Origin: Candidatus Bathyarchaeia archaeon
GTDB lineage: Archaea; Thermoproteota; Bathyarchaeia; Bathyarchaeales; Bathycorpusculaceae
Assembly (NCBI GenBank): GCA_049515895.1
Contig: JBEKTQ010000003.1
Location: 1 to 64,000, forward strand
Direction of reading: 5' to 3'
DNA: 64,000 nucleotides
Position 1 is the first letter of the stretch. Every line of letters begins with the position of its first letter. Under the pieces are notes generated by a model. The model was not told where the DNA came from and did not search any database. It worked only from the letters and a program-made list of their open reading frames with translations. Both the position numbers and the translations under genes were made by a program. Below, in pieces: positions 11,008 through 21,050 of the stretch.

Positions 11008-11433
11008 CTACGCAAGCTTTCTTTCTTGTTCATCTAAAGTTCTGTTCACAAGCTCGTCAGCCCTCGAAATGTACGGGTTGCTTCTCGGAACGTTAACAAA
11101 ACCTATTTTTTTGAAGCACCCTTTTAATTTCTGAGCTTTACACCACAGTTTTTTCAGCTCAAGATTTTTTACGCTGTACTCGCCTTTGAGTTGTTTCCCA
11201 ACCAGTTCGCTGTCTAAATGGCAGATGACTTCTTGTGCTTTGAAGGCTCTGGCAAACTCCAAGGCTGCAATCAACGCATTATACTCTGCCTGATTGTTGG
11301 TTGCTTTGCCGATGAAACGCGAATCTGCCTTAATGGTCTGCCCTGCATCCGTTACGGCAAGAAAAGCTATGGCGGCTGGTCCAGGATTTCCTCTTGCCCC
11401 TCCATCAGAGTAAAGCGCCAAACGCTCAAGCAT
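11008..11433 (-). CDS. rnhA: Ribonuclease HI
   Basis: YSDGGARGNPGPAA, TNNQAEY, DSELV, ADELVN; probable start at the internal Met. Confidence 0.9.
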   Translation of the reverse strand: MLERLALYSDGGARGNPGPAAIAFLAVTDAGQTIKADSRFIGKATNNQAEYNALIAALEFARAFKAQEVICHLDSELVGKQLKGEYSVKNLELKKLWCKAQKLKGCFKKIGFVNVPRSNPYISRADELVNRTLDEQERKLA

Positions 11434-11585
11434 AGACTTCCGCTTCCAAACAAGTGCTAACTGAGATTTATTATTTAAATCGTTAAACAACAGCTTGCTT
11501 AACTTCGGTCCTCAATCGATAGAAGAACTTTTTCATAAAATCCATTGAAGGTGACATCAAAGGGAAATTTATGATGGTAAATTAG

Positions 11586-11963
11586 CTATTTCAGCGATTC
11601 TTTTAATGCAGCAAAATACGCTAGAACCTGCTCCATTTGCTCTTCAGACATCGCGAGAATCGTCCGCACCGCCGTCTTCTGCTTAGGCGAGGAAGAAACA
11701 CTAACGGTCGCCAACGCGTAATCCAGGCTTGTAAATAGGGGTTCCCATGGGATGTTGACCCGCCTGCCTTTAAGATTGTATAGGGCAAGCACAAACGCGC
11801 TGGCTCGGCTTAAGCTATCCTTGAAAGACTGAATAGCCCCGCCGACAGCCAAAGCATCATAATCTTTCCCTGAAATGAAACTCCGAAGAACACCATGATT
11901 TTGCTCTAAATTTTTGATTTCAACAAAAAGGTCCTGCTTAAGTTTTGCCTCAGCCTCTGCCAA
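11586..11963 (-). CDS. Hypothetical protein
   Basis: 125 aa helical ORF. Confidence 0.65.
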   Translation of the reverse strand: MAEAEAKLKQDLFVEIKNLEQNHGVLRSFISGKDYDALAVGGAIQSFKDSLSRASAFVLALYNLKGRRVNIPWEPLFTSLDYALATVSVSSSPKQKTAVRTILAMSEEQMEQVLAYFAALKESLK

Positions 11964-12183
11964 ACATCTTCACCGCTTCCCTGTAAGCTGAAAACAAGTA
12001 CATAAAACTTTTTTGCTCCAGCAACCCTTTTTTCTTGTAGACAAGCAAAACGGGCTACTAACGCAAGAATTATTTGATACTTTTCTAAAGCAACAACACT
12101 TTGTCGCTGACACAAAAAAACAAGCAATGCAGCAAAAATTTAAGCAAAACTCTTAATAGCCAATGCCTTAATCAACAAGTTTC

Positions 12184-15066
12184 ATGAGCCAAACCAAGGA
12201 AATCGAGCAGAAATGGCAGGCCAAATGGGAAGCCGCCCACGTTTTCGAAGCTGACCCGGACCCGAAAAGAAAGAAGATGATGGTGACTTTCCCGTACCCG
12301 TACATGAACGGTCCCTTGCATGTTGGACACGCCTTCACTGCTTCACGAGTTGACGCGTACGCCCGATTCAAGCGCATGCAAGGCTACAACGTGCTTTGGC
12401 CTTGGGGTTGGCACTGGACAGGTCAGCCGCTTTTAGGAGCAAGTCAACGTGTTGCAAGGGGCGACGAAGCCTTCATCAAAGTGCTCCGTGAAGTCGACGG
12501 CGTACCCGAATCAGAACTCAAAAAGTTCGTTGAACCCCTCTACATGGCGCAGTACTACACTAACGAAGGGCGTTTAGCGGCTAAAAGCATAGGGTTCTCA
12601 GTGGATTGGCGTCGGGAATTCACAACGGTGATGCCGACTTACCAGAAATTCATCGAGTGGCAGTACAAGAACCTCAGAGAAAAAGGTTACGTTACACGGG
12701 GAACCCATCCTGTGGTTTGGTGCCCAAAGGACCAAAGCCCAACAGGTGACCACGACCGCCAAGTGGGCGAAGGAGTGACCCCCGAAGAATACACCCTGAT
12801 AAAATACGTGCTAGGTGAAAACACGTTTTTGCCGGCAGCGACATTCCGGCCTGAAACAATCTACGGCATAACAAACATGTGGATAAATCCTGACGCGACA
12901 TACGTTGAAGCAGTGGTTAACGGGGAAAACTGGATAATTAGCCAAGAAGCAGCGGAAAAACTCAAAGAACAAGAAAAGAAGGTACAAGTGAAACGCTCCT
13001 TCAAAGGCAAGAAGCTTATCGGCAAAACCTTCCAAAACCCCATCACAAAAGAGATACTTCCCATTTTGCCAGGCTGGTTTGTTGACCCTAAAACCGCCAC
13101 TGGCGTCGTTTACAGCGTTCCCGCACATGCACCCTACGATTGGCTAGCCCTCAAAGACTTGCAAGAAAAACCAGAAGTTCTCTCCGAGTTCGGCATTGAC
13201 TCAGAGGTTGTCAAGCAGATTAAACCTATATCAATCATAAAGGTTGAAGGCTTCGGCGAGTTTCCAGCCGTTGAAATAACGCGGCAGATGGGCATAAAAG
13301 ACCAGAAGGACCCTAAAGCGGATCAAGCTACAAAAGAATTGTACAAGAAAGAGTTCCACAACGGAGTTCTAAAAGAAAACTGCGGACCCTACGCCGGGAA
13401 AACTATACGGGATGCCAAAGACATCTTGATCAATGATTTCCGTAAGCTCGGAGTCGCCGACAGCATGTACGATTTGCCTGAGCCAGTGATTTGCCGCTGC
13501 ATGACCCAGTGCATAGTGAAGATTCTCAGCGACCAGTGGTTCCTAAACTACTCTGACCCCCAGTGGAAAACACTGGCGAAAGAAGTCGTGGCTCAAATGA
13601 CGGTTTACCCCGACTCAGCCAAACAATGGTTCTGCACCGTAATCGACTGGCTCCGGGAATGGGCATGTGCAAGAACCACAGGTTTCGGAACCCCGCTGCC
13701 GTGGGGTAAAGGCTGGATAATCGAGACTCTTAGCGACTCAACGGTTTACATGGCGTTTTACACCATAAACAAGTACATTAAACAAAACGACCTCAAACCT
13801 GAAGCCTTGACGCCCGAGGTTTTCGACTACATTTTCTACGGCAAAGGTAACCCGTCCCATCTTGAAGCAGCGGTCGGCATAAAGGCTTCTTTACTTGACA
13901 CGATGCGCAGCGAATTCATGTACTGGTACCCATTTGACCTGAGAAACTCAGCCAAAGAACTCGTGCCGAATCATCTGACCTTCTGCATCTTCCACCACGC
14001 TGCCCTTTTTCCACCCCAATATTGGCCCAAAGCCATAGCAGTCAACGGCATGCTTATGGTTGAAGGAAAACAAATGCACAAGAGCAAAGGAAATTTCATA
14101 ACCATGAAGGGAGCAGTTGAAAAGTACGGTGCCGACGCAACTCGATGCGCGTTACTTTTAGGCGCGGAGGGCATGGATGACCCTGATTGGCGAGCAGAAA
14201 ACGTAAGCGACTTGAAGAGCAAGTTTGAAGCGTTAAATGGCTTTGCATGCGGAGTGATCGCTTCAGCCAAACATGATGAGGACACGGTAATGGAGCGGTG
14301 GCTGCAAAGTAAACTTCAAAGTAGAGTCAAAGAAGTTACTGCAAGTCTTGAGGAGTTGAAGACACGTACGGCCCTACAGGTTGCCCTGTTTGAAACTTGG
14401 AATGACTTGCGTTGGTACATTCAACGAAAAGGCAGCAACGACGCCAAAGAGTTGGCTGAAGTAGTAAGAACTTGGGTCAAGCTACTTGCACCATTCGCTC
14501 CGTTTCTATGCGAGGAACTTTGGAGCCGAACAGGCGAAAAGTGCTTGGTCACCGTTGCTCCATGGCCAATTTGTGAAGAAGGAAAAATTGACGCAGCAGC
14601 TGAGGAACAAGAAAACATGATAATCGACCTCATTGAAGACACGTCTAATATTCTGAAAGTCATGAAAATCACGCCTAAACGCATATGCTATTACACAAAC
14701 GCACCTTGGAAATGGCAGGTTTACCTTAAAATCTTAGACAAAAGCTTGCTTGGCGACGCAAAAATTAACGAGCTAATGAAGGAGTTCGCTTTTGACAGTG
14801 AATTCAAGCCGCGCATTAAGGACATTGCAGGGTTGGTGCCAAAAATAATGAAGGCTTTAACCAAGTTGCCTACCGAACGGAAAACTAACATGCTTAAGTT
14901 TAAAGGTCTATGCGAGAAAGAAATCTTGGAGGACGCGATTGGCTTTTTGAAGGAACGCTTCAAAGCTGAAGTGTCAATTTACAGCGAAAACGACGAGAAA
15001 CGTTATGACCCTAAGCATCGGGCAGCGATGGCTATGCCCAATCAACCAGCAATATACATCGAGTAA
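12184..15066 (+). CDS. leuS: Leucyl-tRNA synthetase (archaeal type)
   Basis: FPYPYMNGPLHVGH (HIGH), ATFRPET editing domain, QMHKSKGN (KMSKS). Confidence 0.97.
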   Translation: MSQTKEIEQKWQAKWEAAHVFEADPDPKRKKMMVTFPYPYMNGPLHVGHAFTASRVDAYARFKRMQGYNVLWPWGWHWTGQPLLGASQRVARGDEAFIKVLREVDGVPESELKKFVEPLYMAQYYTNEGRLAAKSIGFSVDWRREFTTVMPTYQKFIEWQYKNLREKGYVTRGTHPVVWCPKDQSPTGDHDRQVGEGVTPEEYTLIKYVLGENTFLPAATFRPETIYGITNMWINPDATYVEAVVNGENWIISQEAAEKLKEQEKKVQVKRSFKGKKLIGKTFQNPITKEILPILPGWFVDPKTATGVVYSVPAHAPYDWLALKDLQEKPEVLSEFGIDSEVVKQIKPISIIKVEGFGEFPAVEITRQMGIKDQKDPKADQATKELYKKEFHNGVLKENCGPYAGKTIRDAKDILINDFRKLGVADSMYDLPEPVICRCMTQCIVKILSDQWFLNYSDPQWKTLAKEVVAQMTVYPDSAKQWFCTVIDWLREWACARTTGFGTPLPWGKGWIIETLSDSTVYMAFYTINKYIKQNDLKPEALTPEVFDYIFYGKGNPSHLEAAVGIKASLLDTMRSEFMYWYPFDLRNSAKELVPNHLTFCIFHHAALFPPQYWPKAIAVNGMLMVEGKQMHKSKGNFITMKGAVEKYGADATRCALLLGAEGMDDPDWRAENVSDLKSKFEALNGFACGVIASAKHDEDTVMERWLQSKLQSRVKEVTASLEELKTRTALQVALFETWNDLRWYIQRKGSNDAKELAEVVRTWVKLLAPFAPFLCEELWSRTGEKCLVTVAPWPICEEGKIDAAAEEQENMIIDLIEDTSNILKVMKITPKRICYYTNAPWKWQVYLKILDKSLLGDAKINELMKEFAFDSEFKPRIKDIAGLVPKIMKALTKLPTERKTNMLKFKGLCEKEILEDAIGFLKERFKAEVSIYSENDEKRYDPKHRAAMAMPNQPAIYIE

Positions 15067-15163
15067 ACGTGCGCTGATTAGTCAACCATCAAGCCTTTAT
15101 TTGCTTTTGTCCGTTTAAAAGCTAAACAAAGATAACTCAATTGGGCTTTGAATCGTTCAGGTT

Positions 15164-15562
15164 TTAGCTGCGCACTTCTGTCGGTTCTTCCCGGTTTTTA
15201 AGTTTCTCTTCCAAAAGCAGCAGCAGCTCCTGGGGTTTCACGGGTTTGACCAGGTAAGCGTCTGCCCCTTCATCGAGCGCTTTGACACCTGTCTCCAGGG
15301 ATGGGAAACCAGTAATCATGATTTTCACTGTATGTTGGAGTTGTTTTTTGAGTTTTGCAAGCAGGTCTGTGCCATCCATGTCTGGAAGCCTGATGTCAAC
15401 TAATGCTAAATCGTAATGTTGATTTTCCGCTTTGTCAATGGCTTCCCTACCGGTTTCCGCAACATCAATTTCGTAGCCGCTTTTCTGAAGAATACGAGTG
15501 AACGTTCTAAGAATCGATTTGTCATCATCAACAACAAGTATGTTTTTTTTAGATCCTGCCAT
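15164..15562 (-). CDS. Stand-alone response-regulator receiver
   Basis: ILVVDDD, LVDIRLPDMDG, MITG, YLVKP. Confidence 0.93.
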   Translation of the reverse strand: MAGSKKNILVVDDDKSILRTFTRILQKSGYEIDVAETGREAIDKAENQHYDLALVDIRLPDMDGTDLLAKLKKQLQHTVKIMITGFPSLETGVKALDEGADAYLVKPVKPQELLLLLEEKLKNREEPTEVRS

Positions 15563-15799
15563 TAATTATTCCTTCATTTTACACGATTGCTTTCTTCAAC
15601 TCTTGATTAAGTTGAACATTAAGCCATCAAAGCCATTGCGAGCCAAACCAATCGCTTGCTTAATTTTTTTTGACCGACAAAGACTTTGACCCTTTTTGGG
15701 CATGCTAAAAATGGTTTTCGAGACTAATAAACGCTATCCCATTTAGCTATTCGGACATAAATGTGTGCTGGAAAAGCCGAGAATAAAATCGCTTGCTGG

Positions 15800-16426
15800 C
15801 TATAGTTCTTTTTTGAAGTAGTGTTCAAGCAGTCTTCTTGTTCCTCTTCGTATGATCTCCGACAACGTTGCGGGGCTAATTTCGAGTTTAGCCGCTAGCT
15901 CTGCCATACCAACTTTGCGGGGATAATCGAAAAAGCCGCTTTTCAAAGCAAGCCAAAAAATCCTCTCTTGGTTCTCAGTTAAGACCCCGATTTGCTGCTC
16001 AAACTTACCTACTTTTAGAACCTTCACGGTGCCGCATGCTTTTTCTAAATCGTCTATTATACCCTTGTAGGCTTCAAAAGTTGGCACCATGAAACTGTAA
16101 GCGATGATGTTGCCTTGCATGCTTTTGCCTGAAACCAGGAAGGCTTCATGGGACAATATGGTGTTGCAGACTTCGCAGCCTTCGCTTTCAAGCCAAACGG
16201 CAGATTTTCCTTCAACATGGCCTTTAGCGGCAAGTTCACGCGGAACTCTACGTGCCTGTTCCTCGCCAACATCCATTAGGTGCCTAACTGACCCGCTGCT
16301 GGAACTTCTAACGTCAACTACCTTCAAATGCTCAAACCCAAGCGTAGCAAGCTTCTTAACCATTTTACATTGCTTGTTCTCTACTTCAATCACAACATGG
16401 TAAGGTTCACGCCAAGCATCAACCAC
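15800..16426 (-). CDS. HTH-10 (bacterio-opsin activator-type) regulator
   Basis: LTENQERIFWLALKSGFFDYPRK..LAAKLEISPATLSEIIRR. Confidence 0.88.
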   Translation of the reverse strand: MVDAWREPYHVVIEVENKQCKMVKKLATLGFEHLKVVDVRSSSSGSVRHLMDVGEEQARRVPRELAAKGHVEGKSAVWLESEGCEVCNTILSHEAFLVSGKSMQGNIIAYSFMVPTFEAYKGIIDDLEKACGTVKVLKVGKFEQQIGVLTENQERIFWLALKSGFFDYPRKVGMAELAAKLEISPATLSEIIRRGTRRLLEHYFKKEL

Positions 16427-17203
16427 GTCTATCAGCCCTATCTTATGTAAACAGAAAAACCTGAAATTAAAGATAGTTACTCAAAAACGCTTTCCGGCGC
16501 ACGGACGGAAAAATATTCGGGGGAATTTACGCTTTGTACTACGGTTTTATTGAAATAGGCATAGGAATTTTTGCTACACCGATATTTCATCGGTTACCGC
16601 ACCATTTTCACTTATACTTATAAAGTGAGCAAACTTGAAGGAAAGTGCATTTTTTTCCATTGTGCGCAAAGTGCTTGCATAGCTCAATAAACCCATAAAT
16701 GTAAGGGGCAAAATTAATATGAAAAATAACACTGTTATGATTGGGGTAGGAGGCATAGAAAACATTGTACCCTTGCCCAATGGTGCAATTTCCCAATGCT
16801 TCCTACCCATTTGAAATTAGCGCTTTTCTGAAAGAAAGGAAAAATGAATAGGGCGTCTAATTTACACAACATGGCTCTTTTCCATTTAGGAAGCTAAAAA
16901 ACCAAGTCAATAAACAGAAGCTAATCTTTTCAGGTGCCGTTTGGCAGTTTTTTCCACTGTCTAAAAGGATGCTCAGAAATATACATTTGGGAGCCTAAGC
17001 CCCATAGTACAGATTCCGAAATCAGAGCCATATCATGACAGAAGATTTACCTGCCAAACGACTCGTTTTGTTCGCTAAATAAACTCCTACGCGCTAAGCA
17101 GATTACAAAAATTTGTGATAGTACATAAGCAGTCACAGGCAGCCTTCAAGCTTCCGCTACCACGTTTAAGTATAAATAAGAGAGAAACGGTTTTTGTTGA
17201 AGC

Positions 17204-17548
17204 TTGGGGGAAACGAAGTTGAGTTTGGAAGAAATGAAGAATCAAATTGAAGCGTTGGTAATTGCAAAAGGATTTTACAACAAGCCTGAGGACATTCCAA
17301 AAAAGCTGCTTTTTGCCTTCATAGAGTTAGGTGAGGCAAGCGACGCTTGGAAAAAAGGTTTGCCGGAGGAGAAAATAGCGGAAGAGCTCATCGATGTGAT
17401 TTTTTACGTTTTAGACGCCAGTCGCTTGGCCTGTCCCAACACGAACATGGATGAGGCATTCGCGAGGAAACTGGATAAAAACCTTAGCCGACCCTTCCAG
17501 TACGGTGAAGGCCACCGTGCAAAAGATCCTGAAGAAAAACAAAAGTGA
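17204..17548 (+). CDS. MazG-like NTP pyrophosphohydrolase
   Basis: ELGEA..IAEELIDVIFY. Confidence 0.85.
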   Translation: MGETKLSLEEMKNQIEALVIAKGFYNKPEDIPKKLLFAFIELGEASDAWKKGLPEEKIAEELIDVIFYVLDASRLACPNTNMDEAFARKLDKNLSRPFQYGEGHRAKDPEEKQK

Positions 17549-17590
17549 CCGCCAACTTTTTTATGTGAGGCTTTTAGCTATACTTGTTGA

Positions 17591-18037
17591 ATGAAAGTGG
17601 ACTTTGGTTACCCCGTTGGGATACGGTTTGAATGCAACCGATGCGGATTATGCTGCGGCGATACAAATCAAAGAACAAGGCATATTCTCCTTTTGAAAAA
17701 CGAAGCAGAAAAAATTTCACTCCAAACCAGCCAACCAATAACTAGTTTTTTAGATGAAATTAGCGGCAAGTATCCTTATGTTTACGAGGTGAAAAAGTCA
17801 AGGGAAGGCAAATGCGTCTTCTTAAAAAATAACCAATGCACCATTTACTCTTTAAGACCGCTAATCTGCGCGTTTTACCCCTTTGAATTAAAATTCAACG
17901 AAGATAAAGAATCGCATGAATTTGGTTTCACCGTTGAGTGCCCAGGAATAAATCAGGGCAAACTTCTGAACAAAGCCGACTTCAATAGACTCTTCGATAT
18001 AGCTCAAGAAAGGTTAGCTCAAAAAACTGGCAGTTAA
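17591..18037 (+). CDS. YkgJ-family CxxCxxCC cluster protein
   Basis: CNRCGLCC, CVFL..CTIYSLRPLICAFYPF, CPG. Confidence 0.88.
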   Translation: MKVDFGYPVGIRFECNRCGLCCGDTNQRTRHILLLKNEAEKISLQTSQPITSFLDEISGKYPYVYEVKKSREGKCVFLKNNQCTIYSLRPLICAFYPFELKFNEDKESHEFGFTVECPGINQGKLLNKADFNRLFDIAQERLAQKTGS

Positions 18038-18196
18038 AACTGCTGCAAGATATCAGCTTGTTCAAGAATTACACAGCAGTAATGGCATTTCAAAGTCAAC
18101 TAAGATCGTGACAACATCAAGTGCGTATCCGCCTTTAGTATGATCAGTCACCGTGTCATCTTTGATTTTTGATACCCTAAGTTCCATATCGCTCAT
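18034..18196 (-). pseudogene. pyrI: Aspartate carbamoyltransferase regulatory subunit relic with internal deletion
   Basis: MSDMELRVSKIKDDTVTDHTKGGYALDVVTIL (PyrI N-terminus) abuts, out of frame, LKCHYCCVILEQADILQQF* (PyrI C-terminal Zn site). Confidence 0.7.
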
Positions 18197-18307
18197 AGAA
18201 AGCTCCTGTTAGAAGGGTATGGCATAGCTACAAATAAGATTTTACGTTGAGAACCATGCCGTTTTTTGAAACACCAAAATTTTCGTTTGAGACTATTTTC
18301 TTCTTTT

Positions 18308-19288
18308 TTAACCAAGCTTTGGTAAAGCCAGGTTCCCTGCCACTCGGAGCTTCGAGCCCTCCAAATACATCAACACTGCCGTGTCGTTTGGACGATAGAT
18401 AAGCGGTTTATCGAGAGTTAGGGTTAAAGTTAGTTTTCTCCAGTCCCCAGCGTCTTCGGCAGCTTCGACCTTTGCGGTTACGAATTGCGTCCAATGTCCA
18501 ATGTGCATGACCATTCCTTGCTTCATTGGGGTCTGCCAATATTTCACGAGAGAGGCATGCGTTTTCAGTTTAGATGAAGACTTAATTGACGGGTCATTTG
18601 ACAAGACGACGCCCCGATCCAAATCTTCGACTTCGATGTTTTTTAGGGCCAACCCAACGCGGTCACCTTCACCGGCAACGTCGAACTCGTCATCATGTTT
18701 CTGTATTGAACGAATCTGAGCCGATTTTCCGGCTGGCAGAACGTTGAGGATTTCATGTTTTTGCACTGTGCCGTAAGCAACATTGCCGAGTACGACGGCA
18801 CCGACGCCTTTAACGTTAAAAGAGTGGTCAACTGGAACGGTCCCAACCGCCTGCTGCCCAGCGGTAATCTCTGCGGGTTTTTGTCGCGAGGCTTCCATTA
18901 AAAGTTGCTCTCGGAGGTGGTTGGGGTCGTCGTTTGCGAACTCGAATTTTTCAAGACTTGTTCCCTTTATGAGGGGTTCAATTTTCTCTTTGGGAATGTA
19001 GTTCCTGAGAACGAAGTAGCCTGCTTCGATGTCTGAGCATTGAAGCATGACAAGGCATTCGCCAAAGGTAGCGTCTATCTGATCCACCACGACTATGGCT
19101 TTTTTGGCCAGCGAGACAGCGTAAAAAAGAGGCGCGAGCCTTTCAGGGTACCTTTCGGGTTCAATCAGAGTCACGGTGTCTTCGCCTTTTTTAAGATTGT
19201 AGAAAGTTATGTCTGTCGATGTTCCTTTTTTGCCGATGCTCCCTGCGTAACCTAAAGCGCCGAGCGCCGCGACTGTTATATTTCCCAT
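18308..19288 (-). CDS. SelB-like/EF-Tu domain II protein with degenerate G domain
   Basis: VDHSFNVKGVGAVVLG, IRSIQKHD, GDRVGLALK. Confidence 0.85.
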   Translation of the reverse strand: MGNITVAALGALGYAGSIGKKGTSTDITFYNLKKGEDTVTLIEPERYPERLAPLFYAVSLAKKAIVVVDQIDATFGECLVMLQCSDIEAGYFVLRNYIPKEKIEPLIKGTSLEKFEFANDDPNHLREQLLMEASRQKPAEITAGQQAVGTVPVDHSFNVKGVGAVVLGNVAYGTVQKHEILNVLPAGKSAQIRSIQKHDDEFDVAGEGDRVGLALKNIEVEDLDRGVVLSNDPSIKSSSKLKTHASLVKYWQTPMKQGMVMHIGHWTQFVTAKVEAAEDAGDWRKLTLTLTLDKPLIYRPNDTAVLMYLEGSKLRVAGNLALPKLG

Positions 19289-19385
19289 AATATCAAAGAC
19301 CTGGAAAGATTCAACGTACTGTGCCGCGCCTTAAAGATAAGTTTTGTGAAAGTTTTAGCAGCTTCCTGAGGAACGAGTTAACTGT

Positions 19386-20354
19386 TTAGGATTTTTCTGA
19401 GTCAAGCTGCCTAAGATGGCCTTCCTTTAACTCAATTTTAGCGAAAAATCGTTTAAGCCTTGACTGCTCGCAAACCACGAAGAAATTTTCGATGATTTCC
19501 TTGCTGTTAACAAGAAGCAGCGCGGTCAACGTCAACAATGGGATATAGGCGTAAGCATAAAGTGCCGTCTTAAAAGCCTGGCCAAAAACCATGTCAAGGA
19601 ATCCGTCGCCTGTTGGAGGATAGAAAAGAATTACGTTTGAAGCGATTAATACGACAAAAGCGGTTTTTACCGAAGCGGCCATGCTATTTTTGTTGTAGAA
19701 AAGAAAAAGAGGCAAACCTAAAAGGGCAAATCTTAGGTCGAAAGCTGCGAAGGCAAAAACTATCCCCGATGCATAAGGTTTACCCTTGAAACCCAAGTAG
19801 AAAGACAAAATAAAAAGAAATGTTTCAAAAACTTTGGCTTGTCCTTCCGCCCATTGCCAGTAATAAGTAGCAAGAATTCCCCAATGTGGCAAGGGGAAAG
19901 GCAGCAAAACTATTGCAGTAACTGCCAAGAGCAAGATTGCATTTTTTCGATGTAGCAAACTGTACAGCATCATTGCAACTAAAGGCAGTAGGGCAAATTG
20001 AAAAATGTCGAACCCTTCCAAGCCTTGATGGTAACTGAGAAACTGAAAGGGAATAATCAGTAGCAGAAAGGAAGGTAGATATTTGTAATCTTGCGGGTGC
20101 GGGTAGATAATTGGTTCGCCATCATGAATTAAACCGGGGATATACAACGCTGAGGTATCATGCCACAGCCGCCAAGCGCCTATGTAATACGCTGAAAAAT
20201 CTTTCGCTACTTTCCCGCCGCCATCGAGTTGAAGAGTTTGAGGATAAGCAGACATCAAAACAAAAAAGTTGAAAATTATCAATACCGCTATAACTAACGT
20301 TATCAAAACTTTGCCTTCTCGTGAATATGGCGACCGTAACATTTTGATGATCAA
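19386..20354 (-). CDS. GT-C fold membrane glycosyltransferase (GT87-like)
   Basis: DFSAYY...YKYLPSFLLL...EGQ, multi-TM. Confidence 0.7.
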   Translation of the reverse strand: MIIKMLRSPYSREGKVLITLVIAVLIIFNFFVLMSAYPQTLQLDGGGKVAKDFSAYYIGAWRLWHDTSALYIPGLIHDGEPIIYPHPQDYKYLPSFLLLIIPFQFLSYHQGLEGFDIFQFALLPLVAMMLYSLLHRKNAILLLAVTAIVLLPFPLPHWGILATYYWQWAEGQAKVFETFLFILSFYLGFKGKPYASGIVFAFAAFDLRFALLGLPLFLFYNKNSMAASVKTAFVVLIASNVILFYPPTGDGFLDMVFGQAFKTALYAYAYIPLLTLTALLLVNSKEIIENFFVVCEQSRLKRFFAKIELKEGHLRQLDSEKS

Positions 20355-20564
20355 GGACTTTGCCTGATTGATTTGATATTTGTCAATTATGGCTCTAACA
20401 TGCGCTTCAAATTCTTAAATATTTTTAGCTTAAGTTTTTTTCTTCAAAAAAGGTAGATATATCAAAAAACAACCTCCTGAAACATAACTCGCAAGCAAAC
20501 CAAAGAACGCTGATCTACCAAATAGTATGGACGAAAGGTTCTTAAGTAATTGGGTCTTTTTCCT

Positions 20565-20662
20565 AACGGCAACAATGGCAGAACTAACTGCCAATTCAAG
20601 GTAACGACCAGCATCATGAAAGAGGCTGGTGTTGGCCAACTGAAAAGTTAAAATAGTCCGTT
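20565..20662 (+). promoter_or_regulatory. Structured 5' leader of rpl12
   Basis: AACGG/CCGTT closing stem with TGGCAG/CTGCCA, ACCAGC/GCTGGT and AACT/AGTT hairpins; TATA-like TTAAGTA at ~20542. Confidence 0.45.
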
Positions 20663-20678
20663 GAAGAGGTGAAAAGGT

Positions 20679-21005
20679 ATGGAAAACATTTACGCAGCGA
20701 TGCTCCTTCACAAGGCAGGAAAAGAAATAAACGAAGATTCGGTTACAAACGTTCTCAAAGCTGCAGGAATCACTGTTGACGTAGTTCAAATCAAAGCGCT
20801 CGTCGCTTCTCTTAGCGAGGTAAACATTGATGAGGCGCTTAAAGCAGCACCGACCATGATGGCAGCCGCTCCAGTTGCAGCTCCAGCAGCAGGTGCAGAA
20901 GCTAAGCCAGCAGCCGCCGCTCCAGAAGACAAGAAGAAGAAAGCTGAAGAAGAGAAAGCCAAAGAAGAAGCAGCGTTAGAAGGATTAGGCGCCCTATTCG
21001 GGTAA
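20679..21005 (+). CDS. rpl12: 50S ribosomal stalk protein P1/L12
   Basis: [11 protein letters not shown].., Ala-rich hinge, [14 protein letters not shown]-terminus. Confidence 0.97.
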   Translation: MENIYAAMLLHKAGKEINEDSVTNVLKAAGITVDVVQIKALVASLSEVNIDEALKAAPTMMAAAPVAAPAAGAEAKPAAAAPEDKKKKAEEEKAKEEAALEGLGALFG

Positions 21006-21007
21006 AT
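20995..21007. repeat. attL core (13-bp direct repeat)
   Basis: TATTCGGGTAAAT, identical to 36890-36902; spans the rpl12 stop codon. Confidence 0.85.
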
Positions 21008-21019
21008 ACGCCGTTAATG

Positions 21020-21048
21020 GGTGATTTATTCACCATAATTTATTTTTT
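21020..21048 (+). terminator. Element-supplied hairpin and T-tract after rpl12
   Basis: GGTGA-TTTAT-TCACC followed by ATTTATTTTTT. Confidence 0.45.
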
Positions 21049-21050
21049 GG

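Noticed and set aside
12692-14963. Antisense ORFs within leuS (similarly within pheST and the ABC genes)
   Set aside because: Shadow ORFs of long conserved genes with no motifs
16574-16810. Short ORFs in the 16.5-17.1 kb gap
   Set aside because: No recognisable motif; AT-rich, possibly decayed sequence
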